From Epiperipatus broadwayi (taxonomy: Eukaryota > Animalia > Onychophora), in contig JAQFVV010000003.1 of the NCBI GenBank assembly GCA_028023455.1, positions 4,588,001-4,652,000 of the forward strand: 64,000 bases of DNA, written 5' to 3'. A model generated the notes under the pieces. That model ran no database searches and had not been told where the DNA came from. It worked only from the letters and a program-made list of their open reading frames with translations. The position numbers and the translations under genes were made by a program. Numbering within the stretch: position 1 is the first letter of the stretch; the number at the start of each line of letters is the position of its first letter. This document shows positions 28,166-40,800 of the stretch, one piece after another.

Positions 28166-29431
28166 TATTAGATAGCTTGTGAAGTTAACTGTGAATCAGC
28201 TACCTGTAAAAAAAAATCCAAACTTATTTGAGAACGTTAGTCGATCTGAGATATTTCGATGCTTAAATGTTCTAAATTAGAAGGCTAATGCAATAATCTC
28301 TACATTAAGAAGCCCTTTTATTTATTAAATTAAGAAATGACAAAATAAAAGTCATATGGGAGAAAACATTGCATGTTATACAAATAAAAATATTTTGCAA
28401 TACTTAACAATAGTGTATAATTTGAACATTTTTTTGACATCATATTCTTTAATTACATCTACATATAATGATTTGCATGATATCTATATAGATAGAATAT
28501 TTAAACAATTTACATATATGATACTCAAATTGTTCTTTATTATGGAAAGTCTGGGGAAATTTCTACTATACGATTGTTAATGACATGCAAACTTTTTATA
28601 TTGTTGTCAAATTTGAGAAATCTTTGTTTTCTGATTTTTATGATTTGGAACTATTTTTCAGTTCCTAAAAAAACAATTGACAGTCCTGAATTAAAAGCAT
28701 AAATAAATTGAATTCAATATAAATTTTAAATGATTTTTTAAATATTTTGTAAGGATGTAAACTCATTGGTAGATCTAAAGATTTCTGTATTAAAACTTAG
28801 TCTTTCACTTTTGGTGCTCAAACATCTTATGACCTTCAGAGGAAAAAAAACTCATTTTATTAAAATTTATGATGCTGCTTTAATATTGAGGTGCTAAACT
28901 GTATTATAATGCATGGAGTGGCACCCAATAAAAGCTATCATTGAACATAATCAATTATTATTTGATGGTAGTGCCTTAATATCTAATTATTTCTACCAAT
29001 CTTCTGACAAAGAATTTATTATATATGCTTTTATCAATGTCATGATACATTTATTGTTGTTTTTAAAGTTGTCATATAATCTAGAATGTTATTTTCTACT
29101 TTTTTGGGTTTTTTTCTTTTAAATAGATTGTTATTGGACATAAAGTCTGTCAATCACTTGAATGATTTTCATGAAGTTTCAATTATTTGGTATATCCTAC
29201 TTATTTTAAAATTACCTCTAAATAAAAAAATTTTTTTATTGAAAAGTTTGTTGATTACAATGTCTCTTTAAAAAAATAATTGAATGGTTGCTCATTTGGA
29301 AGGTTGTATGACGTTCGAGCATTAAAAGTGAAACAATGAATTTCTTTAGCACCTGCATCAGCCATTTTACCACTGGGCTAATTGCGATTAGTAAATTCTG
29401 TTTTTTTTTTAAATTCAAGATGCTATCTACA

Positions 29432-29545
29432 GTCAAGTGTTGTTAGCTGAGAGGTCATCGCAGCCACTTTGCAAGCAAGTAGTTGGTTGTAGACAGTTGT
29501 GGGTTCGCCTCCTGGCTGGTGCTATGACATATGAAAAAGAAAAAT
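29432..29545 (+). mobile_element. Short tRNA-derived SINE
   Basis: A-box-like TAGCTGAGAGG, B-box-like GGGTTCGCCTCC, A-rich tail; 12-bp TSD ATGCTATCTACA (29420-31, 29546-57). Confidence 0.78.
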
Positions 29546-32539
29546 ATGCTATCTACAATCCAAAACAGTAATATTCTTTTGTAAAGAAGCCATGGTCTTC
29601 AATTATTCTTAATATCTTTAATGTGGGAATTAATTTGTTGAAAATAATTTGCAAAATAATTAATGGTTTAATCTTTAAGTAAATCAACCTTTTTTTTTTT
29701 AAAAAAAAGTAATAATTATTTTTTCAAAATATGTAGAAGTTTATATTTTACCATTAATATGACTGATTTTATTTTAAAATGGTTATGGTTTTTTTTATTT
29801 AAAGATCATAATGTAAAATTCTTCATTGAACTTTATGAAGAAACTGTAATGAAAAGATCCTTGGTGTATTTAGTAAAATGAAGTATAATGCCAGATCCCT
29901 TACTGTATTCAAAAAAAAAAACACAACTGAAGATATTTCACTTTACTTTGCAATGAAACATAATGCTAAATTTGTCTTACTATACTTTAGTAAAGGCAAC
30001 CAAATTATTAAAATTTATGTACCAATTGGCAAGGAGACCGATAAAACTCTGCGATCAAGCAAACACATTTGTCCATCAGTAGTTGGATATGGCTTACCAT
30101 TCTTTAACCAGGTTTATTCTAAAATATTAAGTTTAGGCTTCACCAAAAATATTATTTTTCTGAATTGTCTGCTTTTCCACATAGTTTTGATGATTACGTT
30201 TGTTTATCTCCTATTAAATTATCAGTGTAATCTGCATTTCATAACTATCTTTTAAATCGTGGTCGTGAGTTGTTAAAAATCTGCTGTAAAAAATATTTAA
30301 AGTCGTTTTTAACATTATAGCTTCCATCCCTCTCCATATACATTTTGATTTAAGGCATTCGAATGTAATTACTTTTGGGATTAAAAATAATTCTGAGAAA
30401 AAACGCATAGATTAGCACTTAAAAATAGAAAAAATAACTTAATTCAGAATTATTTCATTTCATATTTATAATTATTATGAATAAGGGTATTTAAAGTATC
30501 CTCTATTAGCCCATGAATCGGTTAAGATATAACATTATATAATAGCCAAATTCTAAATTTACAAAACTAGTTTTGAACTCTTTCATCACTAATTGCAATG
30601 CAATTCAGAATAGGGTTGAATCATATTTATATTAAACAGATTTTAATTGCTTTATTTCCAAAAATATGATATTCTTTATAATTAACAATCACACCTATAG
30701 ATCTACCTTTAATATATGTATATATTGTAACTGTAACCGAGGAAACAGAGGAAGGAGCAAGAGAGATATATAACAGGGCACCAAATTGTAACTTTAACAG
30801 AACAGCTGCTTTACCGATTCGATGGAGTCATAGATGTACAAATTATGAATTTATAAAAGAAGCAATTTATTAACTTCTAAAATAATTTTAACTTGTAAAA
30901 TATCTAGATTTAATTTTTTTCTTAAATTAAATGGTTTCTTAAATCAAGCCAGCCAATAATTTTCTTCTTAAATTAAATGGTTTCTTAATTAAGTCAAGCC
31001 AGCCAAATTATAACACACAGAAGGGAATGGACTGACTTAGCTATCATGTACTTGTAAATAACCGTCACAGAAATCAAACATAGATGTTTTACATCTCACA
31101 AGGATATTAATTAAAACACCAATCCCTTTTTGCTCATGCATAGGGTTCTATAATTGCTTTGGTAACTCATGCCCGCTAACAATACTAATAATAAACATTA
31201 TAAAATATTACCAATAAGCTAAAAGAGAAGGAGAAACCTCGACTCTCATTCATAATAACACTTTAATGACTTCGACATTCTCCACATAAATCACCAATAT
31301 CATAGGTACAATTAATTTATTTCCGACAATAACCTCTCTACACTCTTCTCTTCCACTAAACTTTTCTATCTTTAACTCCCTCACATATTCTATTTTCATA
31401 ATCAGATATGCACGGAATAAACAGTCTTATCGATTTAATTAATTTATAATACCACATTAATTCTATAACAATACGCTCCGTTCATGAGCTCTTATTTCAA
31501 AATTGAAAAATTATAGTCTCAGGGTTCAAATCAGGAATGCTAAATTTCAGTTGGTGATTTACGAATTTATTGTTGATTAATGAATGTTATCTCAGCGAAT
31601 ATAATTTAAGTAGACATAGGCTTAATCTCTGAGTTAATATCTACTTTTCAACAACCAATAATAATAATAATAATAATAATAAAATCTTATACGTTACTAA
31701 ACAGTTAATTAAAATAGAACGAACATTCTACCAATTTTACATTTTGAACTAGATAACTTTCGACTGGGAGCGCATTCATATACCAGGAGTGGGGAAAAAG
31801 GGAGTTTATGTCCAGTCAAGATATTAGTTACAACACAATAAATTTGTAATAATGAAAATAATAATTAATTTAAAAGTAAATCTCCTTCCAGATGTGTGCA
31901 GTGAAACCATAATAATTTGTAAAGCAAGTTATGAATGTTTCTTTAAAGCAAATTTCGGATTTCAGTAGAAAATATCAATTTAATAATCAAACTTTTGCAA
32001 TGCGTGTGTAGCGGAATAAGCATTAAACATTTATTCAAAATTGGGTGTGATTAAGATTTCTGGATTTCGTGGGTACCAAAATATTAAGACACATCACCAA
32101 TTTTAATTAACACATATCATTTATTAACAAATCAAGTTATAAACTACAAAATTTTAATTTAACCTAAAAAAAAAAATTATAGTGGATTTACAATCGCTAC
32201 GGAGAATATGATCCCTCTTTTGTGCTTAATAAGACATATCTGCATGACATGCTTCTATCAAACATAGCTTTGCATGGACTTAAATAAAATAAAATATATA
32301 TATATCTCAATCAGTTATATTTTGCTAGTTTAGAAACGTTTCCCTGGGAGGCAACCATTAAAATAAACAAATTATAAAGTAACTTTTAATAACTGAAACA
32401 CAGGCTTATTCTATACCTGTGTCTATATATGTAATATATAGGGTATATGAGCACAGACTTTCAGATGACCCATCACTCTCCACACTATGTAATAACACTG
32501 ATACACTCAAGCATATATATGCTGAAAAGATAAATAATC

Positions 32540-32583
32540 ACCAATATACGTATTTCATGCTAAACCAGCAATCATCAGTTGGT
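32540..32583 (-). ncRNA. Type I hammerhead ribozyme motif
   Basis: Minus strand ACCAA-CTGATGA-TTGCT-GGTTT-AGCAT-GAA-ATAC/GTAT-A-TTGGT. Catalytic core intact; helix I ACCAA/TTGGT extended by ATAATC/GATTAT across a TGG bulge; AUA cleavage triplet; U-U at the base of helix II. Confidence 0.85.
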
Positions 32584-33013
32584 CCAGATTATCATCTCCC
32601 ACACATATATACTATAAGTGCTCAGATATATATTAAGATAGACAATCCTCATACTTTAATGGACAGGCTCCAATCTTCTACACACTCCAACTCTTCAACC
32701 GTCCATCCAATTGAAAATCTGATGATGGAATGCTCGAAGGCCACCCTGAGGCCGAGATTCTTGTCACACCCATGTTGACCTAAGGTCAATCTGAACCCCA
32801 CATGTACAGGACATAATCCATTTAATACATATGCAAGGATGGGCAGACATCTCTACAATGTAATAACTGAAACACAGGCTTATTCTATACCTGTGTCTAT
32901 ATATGTAATATATAGGGTATATGAGCACAGACTTTCAGATGACCCATCACTCTCCACACTATCTAATAACACTGATACACTCAAGCACATATATGCTGAA
33001 AAGATAAATAATC

Positions 33014-33057
33014 ACCAATATACGTATTTCATGCTAAACCAGCAATCATCAGTTGGT
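33014..33057 (-). ncRNA. Type I hammerhead ribozyme motif (tandem partner, 474 nt from the 32540 copy)
   Basis: Same 44-nt sequence as the 32540-32583 copy. Confidence 0.85.
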
Positions 33058-33416
33058 CCAGATTATCATCTCACACACATATATTCTATAAGTGCTCAGA
33101 TATATATTAAGATAGACAATCCTCATACTTTAGTTATTACATTGTAGAGATGTCTGCCCAGCCTTGCATATGTATTAAATGGATTATGTCCTGTACATGT
33201 GGGGTTCAGATTGACCTTAGGTCAACATGGGTGTGACAAGAATCTCGGCCTCAGGGTGGCCTTCGAGCATTCCATCATCAGATTTTTAATTGGATGGATG
33301 GTTGAAGAGTTGGAGTGTGTAGAAGATTGGAGCCTGTCCACTAAAGTATGAGGAGTGTCTATCTTAATATATATCTGAGCACTTATAGTATATATGTGTG
33401 GGAGATGATAATCTGG

Positions 33417-33460
33417 ACCAACTGATGATTGCTGGTTTAGCATGAAATACGTATATTGGT
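33417..33460 (+). ncRNA. Type I hammerhead ribozyme motif (inverted arm)
   Basis: ACCAACTGATGATTGCTGGTTTAGCATGAAATACGTATATTGGT read directly on the + strand. Confidence 0.85.
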
Positions 33461-34244
33461 GATTCTTTATCTTTTCAGCATATATGTGCTTGAGTGTATC
33501 AGTGTTATTAGATAGTGTGGAGAGTGATGGGTCATCTGAAAGTAACTTTTAATTGATTTTACTTATTAATAAGAAATATATGTCTCTTGGTGCTATTGAC
33601 TTTACAAACCAGATATTTATACAGTCACACCGATCTAACTAACCACTCAGGTTTAAACTTACAATCTTTAGTTACTCTTTTAAATTGTAGTTTGTCTATT
33701 CGTTTGATATCTTAAATTTCTAACTCTAATTAATTGCTCTATAGGTCACACTCATGCACTTACATATACTCAATGCTTTCTATGTCCCAACATGAGTAAT
33801 AAACCATTAATCTTACCATTCTAGCGGTGACTTGTTTCAGTTACAAGCCAGTTATGATGCGCACTGCTTATTTAGGCTTTTAAAATTAACTTTACATTTT
33901 AAATGATTATCGATCTTATAAATGATGGTGAGCGAAATTCAGCCAAGGTATTACACATCAATTCTTGATTCACAGATAAATCAAAAGTGGCCTGAAGTAG
34001 GTAATACACTTCAATATAAATTACATAATGACCAACCATTAAATAACAAATTTCTTACATTAAGATATAGCTACAAAACATATATCCATAAGGAAAATAA
34101 AACTACAAAGCAACACATCTGTGATGGCACGAACCTGGGACTCTCCTACTCTCTGAGGGCTATAGGATATGTTAGGACTCAGTCACTACACATATAAATA
34201 CAGGCATGCACCAATCACGACTACAACTATAACCTAGAATATAT

Positions 34245-36018
34245 TGTGACAACCACGTAAAGCCGTCGACACACATATATATTTATTAATAACATTAGAT
34301 ACATTCGCTAACAAGAAGTAATAAAGGTGAAATAAGTTAGCTATTAAATTTTTAAAAAAAGGAAGGAAAAGAAAAAATTGAAAGTCTAATGTCAAAATTA
34401 CTGTGGATTTTGTAATAGTAAGAGAAGGGGAGGGAGGTCGCATAAAGAAATGTGTCTCTTTCTCTCTTGTAAGTCAAATGCTAGAAAGTTATTTTTGTTT
34501 ATTGTGGGAGAGGAGAAGGGGATGCATAAAGAAATGCGTTTCTTCTCTCTCATAAAAAAAAAAACTATATAATAACAAATTAAAATAAAATGTAAAACAC
34601 AAATGTGGAAAAAAAAATGAATTGTAAACTTTAAATAAAATATAATATGTGATATATAAAAAGAAAAACAATATGGCCGTAGGTGTGAAAGTCTGTTGGA
34701 CAAATTAAATTCCACGGACAAAGAAAATGTTAACAACGGAAGATCTTTGCCTGATCTGTTAAATTAATTGGGACTTACATTCCGGCCACTAATTAAATAA
34801 AGAAACATAATGATAAGAATTGGTTGGAAATCTAAGTCTTAATTAAAATTTTTAAAAACAATGAACAAAAGAAAGAGATTAAGAAAATTACAATTTTTAT
34901 CTGGCATTGCTAGTAGAGACTTTGAAGAAGCAACAGCTCAAAGAAAATGAAAGAAGTGCGTGGCTAGTGGCATTAAAGGGACGTGGGTTTGGATTCAAGC
35001 CATCTCATCACTGACTCACAATGTAAGATCTTTGCCTGACCTGCTAGAGGGACCGCTGCTTCTATAACTGTCAATTGAAACTCAACCCAAAGAATCAACA
35101 AGCAAAACTGGAACGAGAAATAACCCCACAAACTGAGGAAGTTAATCAAGAGCGCTCGGAAGAAATACCCATGGGACAATTACAACAAAGCCTAGGTAAA
35201 AGCATGCATGCATTTTAATCTGTTTACTACTCATAACTAAATACACAATTAATAATTTGATAAAATAGAACTCTATCAACAGGACTTTAAGAACTTTAAT
35301 ATTTGATCTGTTTTCACATGTTTTATTATAGCCATGTATTTTGTAAGTGTGTGTTTTTTATTATTATTATTATTATAATGTATTTTTTTTATATAAAAGT
35401 GAGTGTTATTAAACATATTTATTCTTAAAATTGCGTATATTTGCTTTATTCTCCTATCACCAAGCTACAACAGGGAGGAAACTGTAATTAGTGATTAAAG
35501 GGTAATGCTGATTTTTTTAAAGGTATTCACGTGCTGCTTATTCGTGTGAATTTCCCAATTATATAAAATTAAATAGCAAGCGCTGGACATTCGTTAAATT
35601 TCTTTGGAATGGTTTGCGTTGTTCAGCAGCCGAGAGTTCTTGATCAGGAAAAATAACGCCAAGATAATATGTACGTATTGCCTTGGGGTTCGGTCAAGGG
35701 TATAGATATGAAGTTAAATTTGTATCTGTATTAGCTCTCTGCTTGCATTGTAATGGCATTGGTTAAATAAATAAATAAACAATATCCATTACAGTTGGAG
35801 GCTAAGCCGGGATATTTTGTTTAGCAAAACTGATAGTAAACAAATAAGAAATAAGAATAAGCAAATGCTGTAAAAATAAATGTATAATAAATAAATAAAT
35901 GAAAGGAAGAATCAAAGTTGTGAAAAAATAAAGTATAATAAATAAGTCTAAAATATAATTGAAAGTATTAAAGATTTAAATCAAATCAAGCAACCATCCA
36001 AATAACCATTTCCATTAT
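34245..36018 (+). mobile_element. LTR retrotransposon remnant: 5' LTR (~34245-35793), PBS and short internal piece
   Basis: Starts TGTGAC after ATAT; ...CCATTACA followed by TGGAGGCTAAGCCGGGAT (14/18 match to the tRNA-Pro-type PBS TGGGGGCTCGTCCGGGAT); absent from the duplicated arm near 47161-47180; ATAT on both sides. Confidence 0.62.
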
Positions 36019-36715
36019 AATATATCTTATGGAGTATATTGACAATGGAGCTGGGGATACACCCTTGATTTCCTAATATATTATTAAAATATTTAATACT
36101 CATAATCTTAAGAGAACTACGCTTAACCTCAACCTTAAGGCTGCGATAACTTAGCATATCTTGAACAAACATGGTTCACAAACATCAGTTAATCTAGAGA
36201 GAACAGGTTTGAACTGAAACTAAATATTATATTGATGTATAAAACTGATAATGCAGAAATAATCTAATACGACTAGAATAAAAAAAAATATCTAAGCCTT
36301 AAATAATTACAAAATAAGAAATTTGCATCACTTTTCAACATATAACAATTATAGTTAAATCTCTCATTATCCAGGACATAGCAATATCAAAATCTTAAGA
36401 CTACATAACTAATACAATAAAGTATTAATAATATCAATATTTATTTGTAAGCATAAAAAAAATATACAGTATATCCGTAAATTTCTTATGTAAATATTTC
36501 GAACTTTCACACAGACAAATTATTCATATTATAGCATCGAAATTAAACTGTAATGAAGGCATATTTTACTCTACTTAACCAAATTTAATACCGGATATAT
36601 TCAGTAATATATTTTAAGTAATAAACACTAAAATAAAATAGACTTTCAATACACATAATAAATCAATGAATAATAAAATAAAGAGAAAAATTATATTTAA
36701 ATGGGTAAAATTGAC

Positions 36716-37818
36716 GGTACTTATAATCTAATCGGGCTTGGCCACTTGATGGTGTTCTGGCTCGCCAAAACACCTAACAAATGCCGTTTACAAGGCCTTC
36801 ATTACGGCGATAGAAAACATCTAATGTTTGTCTTAGCCATTAGAAGGGCGTTGATGATGACATAATGCAGAAATAATACGGCCTATTTCTGCTTCGCGAC
36901 AGTTATTGTGAATCCACACACTTATCTTTTGTGTACAGTTTGATATATATGTGTGTATATTTTTATTAGTCAAATTTTTACAAATACGTTACACAATCTT
37001 TATATTTGTAATGAATTTAAGAAACCTGACTTTACAGTAATTTTCCAAATGGCCACACCCTTATTTAGAGAAGGTGTAATGTGTACAAGCTTTCCAAGAG
37101 TATGTCAAAGGAATTCGGCTGAGTTTGCATGCAAAATCTCGTTTTCACGTGAAATACCACGTAGTTCATAAAATGTCTGGCGATCGTAACTTTTTCCGCA
37201 GTTGCCGAAAACAGAAGCAGAGTATTTCTGCTGTCCAGCAAAAATATACACGATTTTTTGTAAATTTCATAGAAAGCACATATTATAAACATGTTTGATA
37301 AGTAAAGAAGACATTTATATGTGTTTGTTGTTGTTTAAAAAAGTTTGAGTTTTTTTCTTTTGTCTGACTACGGTTACGATATTGATATTTTTTATTTTAG
37401 CATTACAAACAACACAAAACTAACCCTAAAACTAACCCTAAACTAACCCTAAAACTAACCCTAAACTAACCCTAAAGCTAACCCTAAAACTAACCCTAAA
37501 CCTAACCCTACACAGTTGTTTTGTTATGTAGAAAGCAATAATTAAGGGAAAGACATCGCTAAGTAGACATCGCCAAAAAAGTTCTAAAAACAGCGATTTA
37601 AAAATAAAAAAAAGCTTGTCGTTTACTAAATCCAAAATTAAAATTAAACAACATTTTAAATAAAAAAAAGTTATAGCAATCAATAAATTAATAACCAAAA
37701 AAAAAAAAAACAACAGCGATTTGATTTAAAAATAATGTGGCCCCGAACATTGTATTGTATTGTTTTTGACTGCCAACAACACCATCAAGTGGCCAAGCCC
37801 GATTACGTTATAATTACC
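36716..37818. mobile_element. Same Merlin MITE family, nested in the left TIR of another Merlin element
   Basis: ~40-bp TIRs; perfect 8-bp TSD AAATTGAC (36708-15, 37819-26); internal similarity to 24147-25422. Confidence 0.85.
37410..37510. repeat. Telomere-like (CTAACCCTAAA[A])n tract inside the Merlin MITE
   Basis: About 9 units of 11-12 bp, each containing TAACCC. Confidence 0.85.
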
Positions 37819-40800
37819 AAATTGACTTATAACGGCCACAATTTTTCACTCTCTATTTTTAAAAAATTGGAGTATATTTTATTCGTACTATGTAATTGTA
37901 AAGTATATCTAACTATAAATGTATTTTTACATGAAGGTTAATAAAAAAAATTTAAAAATTTACATTTTTATGCATAGTTTTGAGCTACGCACATGAGGAA
38001 ATTCCTGAAAATGGTGGCATCTTCATGCATATCCCTAAATGCAAATTCCTGCAGGTAGAATGAAAACAAAGCTCTGCTGGTACAAAATTACTAATTAGCT
38101 TACACTTTGCTTTTATCCACATATTTTCCACATTATTAGTGTGAATAAGTTCATTGTCTGAGTCAATAAAGTTGTCTTAGTGGACAACAACAGAGTGAAG
38201 GTATATACCATTATCTAGACAGCTAATATTGCTATATGCATGCCAGGCATCAGTGATTATATGTGTACCAGGTAAAATGTGTTGCTGTATGAGCAGTTCC
38301 AGAATGGCATCTGATTTATCTTAAATTTCTGTTAAAAAAACATTTTCTTGACCCTCTCACTATCCCACTGGACACCCAATTTTTTTCATTGCTCCCATAT
38401 GGTGTTTTCTATGAAAAAAATATGACTCATTGATCTCCACAATCCATGGTTCACTGTTGTTATCAAATCGGCAGACAAGTGCTGGATTTCTGTCAAAATA
38501 TATAGTATATTCTTCCTGTCAAAAATGATACCAGTCTATGATCAGTCATTCGCTAATATCAATCTTACAAACAATAAAGTACATTGGCAAATTATTTTAA
38601 GTTTTGCTACATGTGAATGTTAATATTTATTAGTTTATAACCTAGCTCAAAATTGCCCATAAAAATGTAAGTTTTTTTTATTTTTTTTTTTTATTAACCT
38701 TCATGTAAAAATATATATTTATAGTTAGATATATTTGACAATTATATAGTACGAATAAAATATAGTTCAATTTTTAAAAAATAAATACAAATTTCTGCAG
38801 ATAGGATGAAAACAAAATATAGTTCAAATTTTTAAAAATAGAAGGCGAAAAGTTGTGACCATTATAAGTCAGTTTTACCCTTAAATGTCTTTAGTCCAGT
38901 CCATCGCTTATGATCTTTCCATTCACTGCGACAATTTAGTATGATCATCATCTTCCTTACAATCATTTAAAGCTAATCCTCACATATTATAGACGCACCC
39001 ACATGACAGTATCTAAACACAAAAACACACAAATGGCCATAATTTTTTGATTTAAGATTATTCAAAAATTGCATAATTATTTATTAGCATTTTTAAATTT
39101 AGAAAACTCATATTTTATGAAGCAGCTGCACTCACTATTTGTTAGGATCCTACATGGCTTACACATATTTTTTTTATGAAGCATTCAATATTAAAAACAA
39201 AATCGCTTAATCTAAAGGTGATTATCAAAATTATTCCATAAGTTTTACAGCACTTCAAGGAACTCAGTTATTCCATGGTATTGTAAGTTTGGCAATCTCA
39301 TTCAGATATATCGAGCTCAGCACTTATTACTACAATAAATTTTACGATTTCATTTACAACTTTCATTTATTTGATTTTCTTTTCCCAATTAAATAACAGT
39401 TATTTGGGAATATTTTAAAATTTTTTTCATATAAGAAACAGTTTTTCCTTTATGATAGAAAATGAAAATGTGGAAAGCTTGGTCCACTCTGAAATAGCTT
39501 TAACAAAAGTACAAAATTATGACTAATAACAATTCTAACAAAATAAGTATCTAAGAAAGTTAATACCTGTGATATTTCAGATTGGCAACATTGGAAAGTC
39601 CATTTCAGATGCACCATCCATTGACCAAGTGCACAGAAATTTGCTATCCTTAGGATCCGATTCATGATTGATTTTGGGAATGGAACGTACCTGATTTAGA
39701 GACTTATGTCAACATGCTTATAAAAATAGTACAATTTTACTTTTACTGCAAGTTTTAACAAAATATTAGGTCAGAAGCTGGAAACAAACAAAAGAATACA
39801 AAAAACTACCAGAACAAAATAATAACAGAACACTGGAAGCAAAAGAAGCCCCCTCAAATTGTGTGTGGCCCTTTTATAATATTTGGTTGTCACTCATCTT
39901 CAAACCCATCTCCTTGACCATCCTGCTATTAAATTTTGATTGGCTATTACACCCAATTTTGATATTAATTATTCACACTACTAAATGATCAGGTGGTTTA
40001 CTTGAGAATTTTATAGTTTTAAATTGTATATAAAAAAAATCAAGATACAATTGTTGTAAATTGAAATAGATTTTTATAATTTAGAATAATGGTTTTAATA
40101 TTTACTAAAGCTTTACCTCAAGAGTGTGCGTGTGAAAATGCGAAGGTAAAGACCTCTACAGGTCTTAACCACAAGCTTACATTTTGGAAGAAAAGTCCAC
40201 AATTCCTATTACTTCAAATTAAAATTTTATAACTGAATATTATCAGATATTTATTTGAAATTGTAGTCCTTTCAATTTTCTTTCAAATGACACCATACAG
40301 GAGAAATTTTTTTTTTATAATTGTCCCAATAAATAAAATTTGCTTTATACTATGATGCACACTTGCTCTCAAACTAATAGCCTTTCTATCTAACTAGGCA
40401 GATTACAGATAGCACTTAACCTATTAAACAATATTAAATTTTACAGATTTATTCATATAAATTGTTTACTGAATTGTATACAATATAAACTGACATCAAT
40501 CTCTTTTTTTTATCTACATTAATTTACCAAATAAATATTACTTGTCAATCTTAACACTAAGCCTCCCCCCTCTATGTTTCAGGTACTACGCCAATGTCAA
40601 CAATTAAAGCACATTTACTGTTTTGTTAGACTTTAAACTGTCTTTACACATGTAAACCCTATTTATGCATTAATTTTTCTTTAAATACTATACAGCTACA
40701 TTTTTTACACATTATATGTCTACCATAAGCTTTCCATGCTCTGTTCCTCTGTCTCAAAGTGATAGGGGATTGAATATTCACTTTTCTTCTCTTATTAATT

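Larger units (their letters stand above)
32391..33538. mobile_element. Young hammerhead-bearing retrozyme/Penelope-like insertion: tandem 474-bp units plus head-to-head inverted arm
   Basis: Unit start AACTGAAACACAGG at 32391 and 32865; orientation flips at ~33133; arms nearly identical by eye; direct repeat AAAGTAACTTTTAAT at 32376-90 and 33539-53; single copy of that site in the duplicated arm at 47895-909. Confidence 0.85.
36704..38879 (-). mobile_element. Merlin (IS1595-like) element with long TIRs and a decayed DDE transposase
   Basis: GGTAAAA...TTTTACC ends with ~200+ bp TIRs; TSD TTTAAATG/CTTAAATG; empty site at 44519-26. Minus strand ~37990-38420 reads ...LLIQQHILPGTHIITDAWHAYSNI...VVH*DNFID...IHTNNVENMWIKAK...SRALFSFYLQEFAFR, typical of Merlin/ISXO2 transposases. 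Confidence 0.85.
30890..39350 (+). repeat. Left arm of a diverged inverted duplication (~3.3 kb after removing insertions)
   Basis: Segments 30890-32390, 33554-34244, 36020-36703 and 38880-39350 match the reverse complement of 44090-49335 colinearly. Confidence 0.85.

Noticed and set aside
29432-29545. Possible true tRNA gene
   Set aside because: No complete cloverleaf or acceptor stem; TSDs and a second dispersed copy indicate a SINE.
32720-32760. Second CTGATGA on the opposite strand of the repeat unit
   Set aside because: No helix II or GAAA geometry.
37410-37510. True telomere or chromosome-fusion site
   Set aside because: Units are 11-12 bp variants embedded in a TSD-flanked MITE.
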